64,000 nt of DNA from a virus, in IMG/VR virus record IMGVR_UViG_3300036886_000363, positions 19,437-83,436 of that record; one strand, 5' to 3'. The translations under genes were made by a program, and so were the position numbers. The notes beneath the pieces are model-generated. The model was not told the DNA's origin. It saw nothing but the letters and a program-made list of their open reading frames with translations, and did no database searches. Each line of letters starts with the position of its first letter. Positions within the stretch are counted from its first letter, which is position 1. This document shows positions 8,602 through 17,886 of the stretch, piece after piece.

Positions 8602-9174
8602 TTACTTTATGCTGTATTCACCCTTCTCACTCTTGACGAATTTGACCTTCTTTTCCTTTTCCATGCGGGTCTGTTTCTTGCCGCCGATCTGGACTTGAAC
8701 CGTCTTTGCCATCTTCGCCTCTTCCCTGTCAGGAAACTTCTTGACAAGCGCGGCCAGGATCTTCTCTTTGGTGATCGGACCTTTCTCTTTGATGATCTCA
8801 AGAATTGATTCGATGACTCCCGGGCCTTTGTCAGCTTTCTTCTCGCCCTTCTTGCCTGCTGCCTTTTTCTTTCCCTTTGTCTTGCCGTCGCCTGCTTCGG
8901 GTGTGCCTGCTTCAGCTGCCTTTGCGGCTTTCTCTTCCATCTCGAGAACGAGGTTGTTGAATGCCAGAGCTTCTTTCGGGCCGGGGAACTTGCCTTCGAC
9001 ATCGGGGATAACTCCCATCGCGTCCATGAACTTTTTGAGGATGACTTCTTTCTCTGCTCCAACGAGTTCGATCAAGGCCAACTTATTGGCTTCGAGGATC
9101 CCACTTTTGTTGAGGGCGGTTACTGCCACTCTCAAATCCTTAAACTTTACATCAACCACTGCTGTCTTTCCCAT
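8602..9174 (-). CDS. Lys-rich basic putative DNA-binding protein
   Basis: K/A-rich linker and a C-terminal winged-helix-like segment; has its own promoter, AAGGAG RBS and terminator. Confidence 0.6.
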   Translation of the reverse strand: MGKTAVVDVKFKDLRVAVTALNKSGILEANKLALIELVGAEKEVILKKFMDAMGVIPDVEGKFPGPKEALAFNNLVLEMEEKAAKAAEAGTPEAGDGKTKGKKKAAGKKGEKKADKGPGVIESILEIIKEKGPITKEKILAALVKKFPDREEAKMAKTVQVQIGGKKQTRMEKEKKVKFVKSEKGEYSIK

Positions 9175-9243
9175 AATCTTTTCTCCTTTCATCTTTTGTC
9201 TGGTTTGAATTTCTGTATCGCCTGTACCTCTCTGATCTTGAAT

Positions 9244-9275
9244 ATATTATATCATGCGGTTTGGCCAATGCGATA
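9244..9275 (-). promoter_or_regulatory. Class A promoter
   Basis: TATCGCATTGGCCAAACCGCATGATATAATAT on the minus strand. Confidence 0.7.
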
Positions 9276-9300
9276 TTTTTGTTTGGTGTCGGTTTGTACT

Positions 9301-10863
9301 CTACAAAACATCAAGAAATTTATGTAGTTGTAGAGAAATTACCACTCCTTTTTTCTTGAGCATGTTCACTTTGTCCATCCATCCTACAAGGATTTTTGGA
9401 TCGAGCTTGTCATGAGAGGGTGAAAAGGCAAATCGACAGCCTTGATGTCTGAAAAGATGGACAATATAAAGAGCATCTTCGAAGTCAGCCCAATCTGCAA
9501 TAACAAATTTAATGAAAGATTCTCTGCCTAAGTTTTCAAAGTTTTTAACCCACTTATAATGACTCATTCCGCTTGATGGACCTTTCCAATCTGCGACATA
9601 ATGGATCCCCGGATATGGATGCATATAGATCGAGCCATTGGTTTCAATCGAGACTTGAAATTTATCCATGAAAAGTTCTTTAGCAACCATGATAATATCT
9701 GATTGCAGAAGGGGCTCGCCTCCTGTGATAGTAATGTTTGTATTCCCGAAGGAGACAGTCTTTTTGAGAACATCATCGATTGACATCTCTTGCCCGGCGG
9801 TCTCATCTTGAGCATAAGGGGTATCGCAATTATGAACCCACATATAATCAAGCAAAAAACTATTATAAGGAGAACAAGACAAATTATACACTTTCAATAG
9901 ATTTGGCCTCAGAGAAGGAGGATAATTATTCCTATTAATTTCCTTGATTGAAAGGATTTTAAGTCCATTTATTGCAGATAATTTTTTGCCGTCTTTTCTA
10001 TTATTTTTCCAAAAGTTATATCCTATTTCATGGGTAGAATAATGACAAGATTCACATTCAACTTTTAGATTTTCTGAAGAATCATTTTTTCTATTGCTGT
10101 CTTTATGATGAACATCTAAAGACTTCTTTCTTTTGCAAATAGAACATTCTTTTATTTTTCCTTCTTTTATATCTTGTTTTAATTTATCATAATTGGGTGT
10201 TTTTGATCCTCCACTCCAATTAGGATTTTTGTCTCCCATTTTTGGTAAGGATTGTTTTTTTCTTAATTCTTCTTTTTGTTTTTTTGAAAGAGAATTATAA
10301 GGAGAAATATAAGTTCCTTCTTCTTGTTTCTTTTTAATTGTGTTGCTAATTTTTTTTCCAGAGATACTATAGTTAGTGTTTTCAATAGATTTTTTCTTAA
10401 TATCATTGTCTTTCATCGGATTTTTAATTCCTGTTATTCTAAATGATAATTTATCCTTGAAATTAGAATGATAGATTTCGTTCCCTATTTGTAAATCTTT
10501 AGCTTTCTTTATTCCTTGAGTTGTAAAAAAGGGATGCTCTTCAGTTACATAATACTCGTGTTTTTCTATTTTTATTCTTAACCAAGAATTAACCTCTCTA
10601 ACAATGATATTTGTAATTTCTGTTTCTACCAAATTCTTTTCTTTATCAAAGGTCAATAATTTATCTCCAACTTCAACATTATATATTTTTTTGTTGGGTT
10701 TGGAAGACAGAATGACTTTAGGGACATGGCGTCCTGGCATAACCCCAAAACAGTAACTACATTTCAGATTGCAGCCCGCGAGACGGATGAAGGTACAAAG
10801 ACTCCCTTGATGTGAGGCAGAGATTTCCCCATTGATGCTACTAAAAATACTATGAACTTTCAT
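9301..10863 (-). CDS. queE: 7-carboxy-7-deazaguanine synthase (radical SAM), intein-interrupted
   Basis: IFSSINGE, FIRLAGCNLKCSY|...|CDT, ITITGGEPLLQ, IETNGS, SLQLHK. Confidence 0.9.
   Translation of the reverse strand: MKVHSIFSSINGEISASHQGSLCTFIRLAGCNLKCSYCFGVMPGRHVPKVILSSKPNKKIYNVEVGDKLLTFDKEKNLVETEITNIIVREVNSWLRIKIEKHEYYVTEEHPFFTTQGIKKAKDLQIGNEIYHSNFKDKLSFRITGIKNPMKDNDIKKKSIENTNYSISGKKISNTIKKKQEEGTYISPYNSLSKKQKEELRKKQSLPKMGDKNPNWSGGSKTPNYDKLKQDIKEGKIKECSICKRKKSLDVHHKDSNRKNDSSENLKVECESCHYSTHEIGYNFWKNNRKDGKKLSAINGLKILSIKEINRNNYPPSLRPNLLKVYNLSCSPYNSFLLDYMWVHNCDTPYAQDETAGQEMSIDDVLKKTVSFGNTNITITGGEPLLQSDIIMVAKELFMDKFQVSIETNGSIYMHPYPGIHYVADWKGPSSGMSHYKWVKNFENLGRESFIKFVIADWADFEDALYIVHLFRHQGCRFAFSPSHDKLDPKILVGWMDKVNMLKKKGVVISLQLHKFLDVL
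9829..10752 (-). mobile_element. Intein (308 aa) with HNH endonuclease
   Basis: Starts with Cys, block B VTEEHPF, ends VYNLS...WVHN before a Cys; internal CSIC...VHHKD.N..N...CESCH; AT-rich. Confidence 0.9.
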
Positions 10864-10864
10864 T

Positions 10865-11041
10865 TTATGCTCTCCCTATTATTTGCTTTTCTACTCCCTT
10901 TTGTACTCTTTTAATATACTCCATAGTTTTTACTTGATTTGCCAGTATGTCTAACCAAGGCTTTAGTTCACAATTGTCCTTGTGTTTTTCTAACATTTCT
11001 TTTGATTCTCTAATGGCATCTTCTATCGACTCATTTTTCAT
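10865..11041 (-). CDS. Hypothetical protein (58 aa)
   Basis: Manual translation MKNESIEDAIRESKEM...; fills the gap between neighbouring genes. Confidence 0.5.
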   Translation of the reverse strand: MKNESIEDAIRESKEMLEKHKDNCELKPWLDILANQVKTMEYIKRVQKGVEKQIIGRA

Positions 11042-11234
11042 TTTTGTGTCCTCTCCTCAGACAATCTTTCGTGATACAATTGCCCTCTGGATCAACCTGA
11101 ATATGACCGCATCCTTCGCAAATTACACACGCAGCCATATCCTTTGCCCAGTCCTCAGGTTTGGTTATTCCTTTCATATCTCCAAAATCTTGCCTGAAAA
11201 TTTTCTCAGAACATTGCTTGCAATAATCGCTCAT
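11031..11234 (-). CDS. Small Cys-rich (Zn-binding) protein
   Basis: MSDYCKQC...CEGCG...C...C; ATGA-coupled start. Confidence 0.6.
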   Translation of the reverse strand: MSDYCKQCSEKIFRQDFGDMKGITKPEDWAKDMAACVICEGCGHIQVDPEGNCITKDCLRRGHKNEK

Positions 11235-11440
11235 GATTTGTGACTCCTGATTCCCCTGACTTGTTGAATGGCAAACCATACTGAGACAAAAAGCATTCCC
11301 CATTGCTCGGCTGTCCACTCTGCATATAACCAAAATGGTGCCCCGCAAAGTCCGCAGATGAATCCTTGCCTATATCTCTTCCCTGCCAGAAGCCAGATCG
11401 AGAGACAAGAACAAATTACAATCCCTGTCTGACAGATCAT
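11231..11440 (-). CDS. Small membrane protein, PnuC-half-like
   Basis: Three hydrophobic segments, GFICGLCGAPFW...QWGML pattern. Confidence 0.5.
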   Translation of the reverse strand: MICQTGIVICSCLSIWLLAGKRYRQGFICGLCGAPFWLYAEWTAEQWGMLFVSVWFAIQQVRGIRSHKS

Positions 11441-11799
11441 GGGATTACCTCGCAGAAACTATTCTCTGTTTCCTTGAGAATAATCTTTTGGATATAAACA
11501 CCCTGATTCATGAAAGGGCCAATCAACATATTAACAATATGGTTGGCCAGCAATTCGGATGTTGGAATAAAATGGACAACCTCATTGAGAACCTTATGAT
11601 CGAATTGATCGATGACATTCTCTTCAACAATCTTTTTCAGATCGGCATAATCCATTACCATCCCATTTTGAAGCATACCTGCAATTTCAACGATCAACTC
11701 CCAGCGATGGCCATGGAGATTCTTGCATTTGCCCGGGTGATCCGGCAGGAAATGTGCCGCCTCAAAAGTAAACCTTCTACTTATTTTTGTTTTTGACAT
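11437..11799 (-). CDS. queD: 6-carboxytetrahydropterin synthase
   Basis: FEAAHFL, CKNLHGHRW, GMVMDY, FDHKVLN, PTSELLA, LKET. Confidence 0.95.
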   Translation of the reverse strand: MSKTKISRRFTFEAAHFLPDHPGKCKNLHGHRWELIVEIAGMLQNGMVMDYADLKKIVEENVIDQFDHKVLNEVVHFIPTSELLANHIVNMLIGPFMNQGVYIQKIILKETENSFCEVIP

Positions 11800-13328
11800 T
11801 AATCCTCCTCCTTTCTATTCCACTCTGAATCGAGAAATGGCTGGCCAAGTTTTAATTGTTGCAAGACGATGACCTGCCCTTTCTCTATTCCCTCATCATG
11901 ACGATGAACGAGAATTTCAAACCTTATCATCCCCCGTTTTTTCTCTTGCTCTGTCTGGTTAAGAGTTATGTCCATATCAACATGCTGGAGCTTCTTGATA
12001 TTTCCACCAGTATGTTTTTGCTTCATGTTTTTACTTTCTTCTGATCCTCTATTTCCTTGATTGCAATTAACAAAGAGAAGATGCAATAATCCTGCCAGAC
12101 CTTTTGATCTCTTCCATTTACGATTCTCATCTTCAAGCTCATTTGCTACTTCTGCAGCTGTGATATCGAGATAATCAAAGAGGACGACATCGGCATCAAA
12201 TCCTTGTCGTCTTAAATTCTCAAGCTCTGCAATCGCTTCATCTAATCCGGCAGTGAAAGCCGGAAAGCAACGAAGGCGAAGATTGTCTCCAAAAAGTTTC
12301 TTGAATGTTTTGACCTTCTTTTTAATTGCCTCCGGAGATAGATTTTCCTTTTGGTATTGTGTTTGCCACCATGATGTCGGTTGATAATCTTTTGTTTTTA
12401 ATTTGCGACATGCAGTGCATGGCTTGTAATCCATATCTTTTGTATAGGTAGGAAGTTCATCTGCACTATTCAAGAGAGTGATTTTGTTTTCTCTTTCTGT
12501 TTTAGTGCAGGTTCCTTTTTGATTTCTCTTGCAGTCAAAGACAGGGAAGGCATATTCTCCTCCGTTCTCTGCCATTGCCGTCATTTTTTTGTAGACTCTT
12601 TTTTTATAAACAGTTTTATTCATCTCAAATGAGAAAATAGCAACCTTGAGACCAGCGCAAAGAGCATGGAACCCGATTTCCCATTCATAGAAAGACTTCC
12701 CCTTTTTTGCGGAACCCATGATTGAGACAAACCAGCCTCTCTGCAACCATCCTATCAGATCGCCCAGAGGCCCGGGCAGCTTGAACAATTTGTTTTCTTC
12801 ATCTTCATCAAAAGTTTTATCTATCTCCGACTCATCAAGAGGATTTATCCATTGACTCACATTCTGGGCAACTTTGCCATAATTAAAAAGTGTCTCCTCT
12901 GCTTTTGTAAAATTGCCTTCGAGTCTGTATCCCTCAATTGTCTTTTGTAAAATTTCCAGACTTCGATCTCTGCAGAAAGTAACGGTCTCATCAAATCGCA
13001 ACTCTTTATTAAAAGGGTAAGAATCTTGATTGTCAGAAATATATTGGTCAGAAAGACTTTGAAGGAAAGACTCCATGATCTCCAGTTCTGCTGCTTTGAG
13101 CTTTGCCGTCTTCGCATAAAAGATCGACTCAAAATCTTTCCCGGGAGCAGCTTTATATTTTTTATAATACTCGAGGATCCATTGTGAGATTTTTCGAATA
13201 TAATCTACCTTGAAATGTTTGGGATCGATCATTAAGTGAGTATCTCTGAGATAGTCAGAGCTGACAATCATTGCTGTCAGAATGCGTTTCTCGATATCAG
13301 AATTTACTTCGATGCGGCTGTATTCCAT
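11799..13328 (-). CDS. DnaB-like replicative helicase
   Basis: Walker A GSAKKGKS, FSFEM, Walker B VLFDYLD, NQGNR. Confidence 0.85.
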   Translation of the reverse strand: MEYSRIEVNSDIEKRILTAMIVSSDYLRDTHLMIDPKHFKVDYIRKISQWILEYYKKYKAAPGKDFESIFYAKTAKLKAAELEIMESFLQSLSDQYISDNQDSYPFNKELRFDETVTFCRDRSLEILQKTIEGYRLEGNFTKAEETLFNYGKVAQNVSQWINPLDESEIDKTFDEDEENKLFKLPGPLGDLIGWLQRGWFVSIMGSAKKGKSFYEWEIGFHALCAGLKVAIFSFEMNKTVYKKRVYKKMTAMAENGGEYAFPVFDCKRNQKGTCTKTERENKITLLNSADELPTYTKDMDYKPCTACRKLKTKDYQPTSWWQTQYQKENLSPEAIKKKVKTFKKLFGDNLRLRCFPAFTAGLDEAIAELENLRRQGFDADVVLFDYLDITAAEVANELEDENRKWKRSKGLAGLLHLLFVNCNQGNRGSEESKNMKQKHTGGNIKKLQHVDMDITLNQTEQEKKRGMIRFEILVHRHDEGIEKGQVIVLQQLKLGQPFLDSEWNRKEED

Positions 13329-13344
13329 ATCTCTCCTTTTGCTT

Positions 13345-13375
13345 ATATTATATCATGGAGATGGTCTGTGGATTA
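13345..13375 (-). promoter_or_regulatory. Class A promoter
   Basis: ATCCACAGACCATCTCCATGATATAATAT directly upstream of the helicase RBS. Confidence 0.7.
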
Positions 13376-13377
13376 TT

Positions 13378-14691
13378 TTAATTCTCTCTGTCAAGAATGT
13401 CGTGGTGTTTGAGATAGCGGGGGAGATTGCTTTCAAACATTGATGGGTGACAGAGCCATCCCGGTGTGACATTGAAATCATTCTCTCGTCCTTCTATTCT
13501 AAATAGGATTGCATCAACGAGATATTTGACCAGTGAACTCGGTTCATTTATACTTTCAGTGGAATCTGTACTTATCTTCCTGCCATTCTTCTTTAGATAA
13601 TCAACAAAGAGACCAGAAGCCTTTATGAAACAGTTTTCGTCTTGAGGTCTTGAATTGGTAAAGCCTTTTTGTTTCCAGATTGATTTGAGACGGGCAGTCA
13701 CATTCGGATATGGATCTTCAAGGGCAGCAGGTTTGAGTCCATAAGCTCCGAGAAGATATTCTTTGCCCTGCACGCATTCCCAAAACCATGAATCGATGTT
13801 CTTTGCGATGTTTTGTGTTTTTAAAGCTTCTTTTTCTATCCTGTCTTGTTTCATAAATCTGGAAATGCTGACCCGATGCCCTATATAATTTATTCGTAGT
13901 TTGTATAAATCCGGATTGTCGAGCATTTCATGATATAAGTCCATTGCCTCTGCTATCTCTGCTTTTGTATATCCTCTTTCAAGCTCGCCTTTAATTCGAG
14001 AGATAGCTGTCTCAAATAACTTTGTTGGTTTGCCTTTTATTTCTTTAACATGAGAAAGGAGGGGTTCTCCAATCATATTCCAATAATCGAAAAGATCCTC
14101 TGCTGTTTTATAAAGAGGCTCTGGAATGGCAACAGCGCTATCGGCGCTGATCCCTACTGGGATATACTTATTTAAATCTATATTTATATTCGTGGACGAA
14201 ATTGTCCTGCCCTCTGGACTTGTTTGTCCTGCCTCATTTTCCGCTGGACTTGTTTGTCCTGGGGCATGGACTTCCACGATTTTATTTATCATTGTTGATA
14301 GCAACTCATAAAGGGGTGTTGCCTCTAATTCATTTGCATATTCAAAATATGTATTGACGAGGGGCTTATAAATAATAGTATATTCGGGATTGATTGCGAT
14401 TACTCTTGAAGTGCCTTGACGGGAAGGAATTAATTCGATGGTTATGTAGGAGTAATTTTGAAGATTTTTTAGAGCCCTTGAAATTACTCGGGGGACAACC
14501 CCTCCGACCAGCTTCCCCAAATACTCGTTTGATGCCCAGCAGTGCTTTGATGTCCGATCTAAGTTTTGTAAATATCCAAAGAGGATTTTTTCTGTCTGAG
14601 TAAGGAAACAATTATATGCGACTTCTCCCGGGATTCCTATTCCTCCCGGTCTTTGCTCATGTTGTTCTATTTTTGGATTTTCCTGTTCCAT
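13378..14691 (-). CDS. Replication initiator-like protein (N-terminal HTH)
   Basis: CWASNEYLG...ISRALKNL HTH pattern; carries internal iterons; lies between primase and helicase. Confidence 0.7.
   Translation of the reverse strand: MEQENPKIEQHEQRPGGIGIPGEVAYNCFLTQTEKILFGYLQNLDRTSKHCWASNEYLGKLVGGVVPRVISRALKNLQNYSYITIELIPSRQGTSRVIAINPEYTIIYKPLVNTYFEYANELEATPLYELLSTMINKIVEVHAPGQTSPAENEAGQTSPEGRTISSTNINIDLNKYIPVGISADSAVAIPEPLYKTAEDLFDYWNMIGEPLLSHVKEIKGKPTKLFETAISRIKGELERGYTKAEIAEAMDLYHEMLDNPDLYKLRINYIGHRVSISRFMKQDRIEKEALKTQNIAKNIDSWFWECVQGKEYLLGAYGLKPAALEDPYPNVTARLKSIWKQKGFTNSRPQDENCFIKASGLFVDYLKKNGRKISTDSTESINEPSSLVKYLVDAILFRIEGRENDFNVTPGWLCHPSMFESNLPRYLKHHDILDREN
14161..14275. other. Putative replication origin (iterons plus AT-rich tract)
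   Basis: GGAC-N6-GTCC at 14194, 14216 and 14246, next to a 30-bp AT-rich run at 14161-14190. Confidence 0.65.
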
Positions 14692-14711
14692 ATTTCTCCT
14701 TTCGGTTAAAA

Positions 14712-14900
14712 ATAAAAACCCCTTAGAAGAGGAATCAAGATCGATGAGAATCAGCCAAGACTTTCAACGATCCTGCCTTGGGAGCGAGGACTCGTTTTAG
14801 CATCGAATCCCGATCCCTCTTCTAAAGGGTTTTTGCAAAACATTACTTGGCTGATTCCTTTCTAAGAACAATCAATAGGGTTGCCCAGACTTCTATTGAT
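14712..14900 (-). promoter_or_regulatory. Structured leader / attenuator of the initiator gene
   Basis: Long stem AAAAACCCTTTAGAAGAGG/CCTCTTCTAAGGGGTTTTT ending in a T-run; alternative pairing AATCAGCCAAG/CTTGGCTGATT. Confidence 0.65.
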
Positions 14901-14903
14901 CTT

Positions 14904-14945
14904 TATCTATATAAACGATTTTGAGGCAGTTGTAAATTTATTATT
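14904..14945 (-). promoter_or_regulatory. Class B promoter (AATAATAAATTTACA-N17-TATATAGATA)
   Basis: Similar copies at 24932 and 46724. Confidence 0.75.
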
Positions 14946-14949
14946 TTTT

Positions 14950-15867
14950 TTAGAAGCCTATGTCCTTCTTTAACTTCCTGATTGTGTCGGGATTCATGTC
15001 TTTGGGATCTCCTTCTTTGAAAGAGATTTGCTCGACATAGGGTATGATACCGGAGAGCTGAGTTGCCATGTCCTTACCTTTGCTTTCCGCATCTGGATCA
15101 AAGAGAACGAAAGCCCTCCTGATCTTCTTGCGGGCAATCATTGCAATCTGCTCCTTTGTCAGATGGGAAGTAAAAGAAGCAACAGATTCATCTCCAAATC
15201 GCCAAACCCCGGTGCAGCCTTCAAACATCAGCATCTTGTCCTTGACGGTATCGATATTATATATGCAATGCTTGACCGGGATGATCGCCCGCTCCGGAGG
15301 GCAATCGAGATATGGAGGACGTTTGTCTTGACGTAAAATATCCATCCCCGTAAAGCTTACAATCTGCCGATTGATAATGATCGGGATAATGACTCTAAAT
15401 CGATATTGCCCGAGTTGCCAGACTGGGTGGAGATGGTATTTCTTAATGAGAGAATGTGGTTCGAAGCCCCTTGATCTGAGGTAGTCAAGGTGGATTTGTG
15501 GCCAAGTTTTCTCGATCTCGTTTTCCGGGAGTAGACTTTGCCATGTCCTTTTAGGGGGAGCAGGATCTTCCCATGGTGATTCGTTTGTTATATCCAGAGG
15601 GAATTCCCGGGCAATCTTTCTTGCCTGTTCATAATTGCAGTTTTCAATCAACTCGATGAGATGATAGACATGACCGGGCGGATTGTCGCACATCCAGCAT
15701 TTGTATTGGAGGCTCTTGAGATTGATGCCTAAGTGCTCGCTGTGATCGACGCAGCCCGGGAGAATGCAATTTATCTCTATCCAGCCTCGTGTAACATTCT
15801 TTCCGCCTGTCTTGATCTTGATATCCCGGGAAGTCAGATAGGCTTTTATGTCAAAGTTGTTTTTCAT
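14950..15867 (-). CDS. DNA primase (Zn finger plus TOPRIM)
   Basis: C..P.C...H...YKCWMC; YLRSRG; RVIIPI; MFEG; LFDPDA; GDPKD. Confidence 0.85.
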   Translation of the reverse strand: MKNNFDIKAYLTSRDIKIKTGGKNVTRGWIEINCILPGCVDHSEHLGINLKSLQYKCWMCDNPPGHVYHLIELIENCNYEQARKIAREFPLDITNESPWEDPAPPKRTWQSLLPENEIEKTWPQIHLDYLRSRGFEPHSLIKKYHLHPVWQLGQYRFRVIIPIIINRQIVSFTGMDILRQDKRPPYLDCPPERAIIPVKHCIYNIDTVKDKMLMFEGCTGVWRFGDESVASFTSHLTKEQIAMIARKKIRRAFVLFDPDAESKGKDMATQLSGIIPYVEQISFKEGDPKDMNPDTIRKLKKDIGF

Positions 15868-16043
15868 TTTTTAAACTTCAAATACACTCTTCTCATTTGA
15901 ATTCATGAATGTCTGTTGGTCCCCATTTTTGCCAACTCCAATTTGTTAAATTATCAAGAGACTGTCCGATGAATCTTTTTATGATAGGAGCAGCGTCTAT
16001 AATTATTTTATTCTTATCTGTCTGGACATAACAAGTAAATTTT

Positions 16044-17453
16044 TTATTCGATATTTGGAGTTCCATAATTTAGCCACCCCTCCTCAGCATAGACAATCAG
16101 CCGGGCAACAGTATGCCGGGCGACGTATTCATAAGGATCCAAAAAGTCAGTGATCTTGATTACCTTCTTGTCAGCTGTCGCCCGGGATCCTCTGCCGATC
16201 TTTTGAAGAGTTGTTCTTTCTTTTAATCCCCCTGCCGCATTGATGACATGATTGAGTGAAGGGATATTGATGCCCTCCTTCCAAACGACGTTGGAAATCA
16301 CTGCCTTGATCTCTTTTGATTCAAGCATATCTTGCAGCTCTTGCCGGGACTGCTTATCTGTTTTGCCATAGACAAAAGGGATATCCAGATCGAAGAGATC
16401 CATCGCCATTTCTTTTAAGATATGTCCGTGATCTGTATCGGCAGATGTTAAGATCAAAACAGATTCACCTGCTAAGATAGACTTATGAGCCTCTGTTAAG
16501 ATCATACGATTGCGGGCGCGGTTTTCCATGATCCCTTTTTGATAGATGTCTTTGAATCTCTGAAGTTCTCCGATAGTCGGAGAATAGGGAACAGCCAGTA
16601 AGTTTATTAGTGGTCGTGCCAAAATTCCTGCCTCCATTCCTTCTTGATAGGAGAAGTCTCCTATGATCGGGCCTAAGTATCCTTCAAGAGTTAATAGTTC
16701 TTTCCTTTCTTTGATTTTGTGAGAAGGAGGGGTTGCTGTCAATCCGATTCTGATAGGGGCCAAAGTGTCTTCGAGGACTTTTGCAAACATTCCATTTTTA
16801 TCTGAAAGATGGTGACATTCATCAAGTATGATGATATCTGCCCAGTCACAATGTTTTCTCAAATCTAAGTTTTTGTAAGTCTGGATTGTTGATATGAGGA
16901 TTGTTGGTTCCTCAGGCCAATCAAAATAATTCTCTCCTCCTCCCAGTACCCAAACATTATTGAACTTGAATTGTTGCCTGAATACACGTTCTGCCTGACT
17001 TAGCAGATCGAGAGTGTGGCAGAGAAAGGAGATATGCCGACTGGGCCAGATAGAGCATATCCCTCCGGCGAGGATAGTCTTGCCCGTTCCTGTCGCACTT
17101 TTAATGACTCCTCTTTGGTTATCTATAATCGATTCAAGTATACTGATTTGATCTTCTCTGAATGTGATCCCGGGAAGCCGGGGAAGTTGTTCTGGCAGGA
17201 GTTCTTCGGGGAGATAGGGAATTGTCAAGGAGATGCCATTTTCATGACAATGTTTTTGAATACGAGGGAGGAGGCCTGAGAGAAATTTGCCTCCTCCCCT
17301 ATGGATCATGCTTGCTTCATATTTGTTTTTTGTTTTCCCGTAAACCCCTCTCCTCCAATGTTCATGGGGATAAGACAAGCAGGGAATAACCAGCTCTAAG
17401 TCTTCGAGGGGTTTTAATCGGGAATAAGTTTGATCGATGACTTCAACTTCCAT
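16044..17453 (-). CDS. SF2 DEAD/DEAH-type helicase
   Basis: FREDQ, SATGTGKT, ILDECHH, GLTATP, EGINIPSL, LQKIGRGSR. Confidence 0.9.
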   Translation of the reverse strand: MEVEVIDQTYSRLKPLEDLELVIPCLSYPHEHWRRGVYGKTKNKYEASMIHRGGGKFLSGLLPRIQKHCHENGISLTIPYLPEELLPEQLPRLPGITFREDQISILESIIDNQRGVIKSATGTGKTILAGGICSIWPSRHISFLCHTLDLLSQAERVFRQQFKFNNVWVLGGGENYFDWPEEPTILISTIQTYKNLDLRKHCDWADIIILDECHHLSDKNGMFAKVLEDTLAPIRIGLTATPPSHKIKERKELLTLEGYLGPIIGDFSYQEGMEAGILARPLINLLAVPYSPTIGELQRFKDIYQKGIMENRARNRMILTEAHKSILAGESVLILTSADTDHGHILKEMAMDLFDLDIPFVYGKTDKQSRQELQDMLESKEIKAVISNVVWKEGINIPSLNHVINAAGGLKERTTLQKIGRGSRATADKKVIKITDFLDPYEYVARHTVARLIVYAEEGWLNYGTPNIE

Positions 17454-17886
17454 TATTGAGAGCCTCAATCTTTGCTGCAAAGTTGAATATCTCGTTGAAC
17501 ATTTGCTTGACAGGGCGAGCCTCGCCCCACTGCTTTTTTATAAGTTTCATGAGTCTTTTTATGTTGACCTGATCCAGCTGATCCCTGACACAGATTCTTA
17601 TCATTTCAGCCGGGCAGTCAGCAATGATTGCGATTGCCTGTTTGGCTTCCTCTGATAAAGAAGCGAACAGTTTTTTCTTCTTCTCTGCGATCTCTTTCAT
17701 CATATAGAGAGATTCCGGAGTATGAGCATTGGTGGAATCTGCGATCTCTTTTTCTATCTGAGAGATCATATTTCTTTCCAGAGTTGCAAGATGATCGAGA
17801 TGAATATAATTGTTAAGATTGAGAACAGCCAGCGCCGCATCAAGAGCAAAAGAAGATTGAGGATCTTTTTGCTTTTTCTTTTTCAT
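17443..17886 (-). CDS. Hypothetical protein
   Basis: ORF with GGAGG RBS, below a class A promoter. Confidence 0.6.
   Translation of the reverse strand: MKKKKQKDPQSSFALDAALAVLNLNNYIHLDHLATLERNMISQIEKEIADSTNAHTPESLYMMKEIAEKKKKLFASLSEEAKQAIAIIADCPAEMIRICVRDQLDQVNIKRLMKLIKKQWGEARPVKQMFNEIFNFAAKIEALNNGS

Noticed and set aside
8607-9208. Overlapping ORFs 8607-9062 (-) and 8741-9208 (+)
   Set aside because: Shadow frames of a low-complexity, codon-biased gene.
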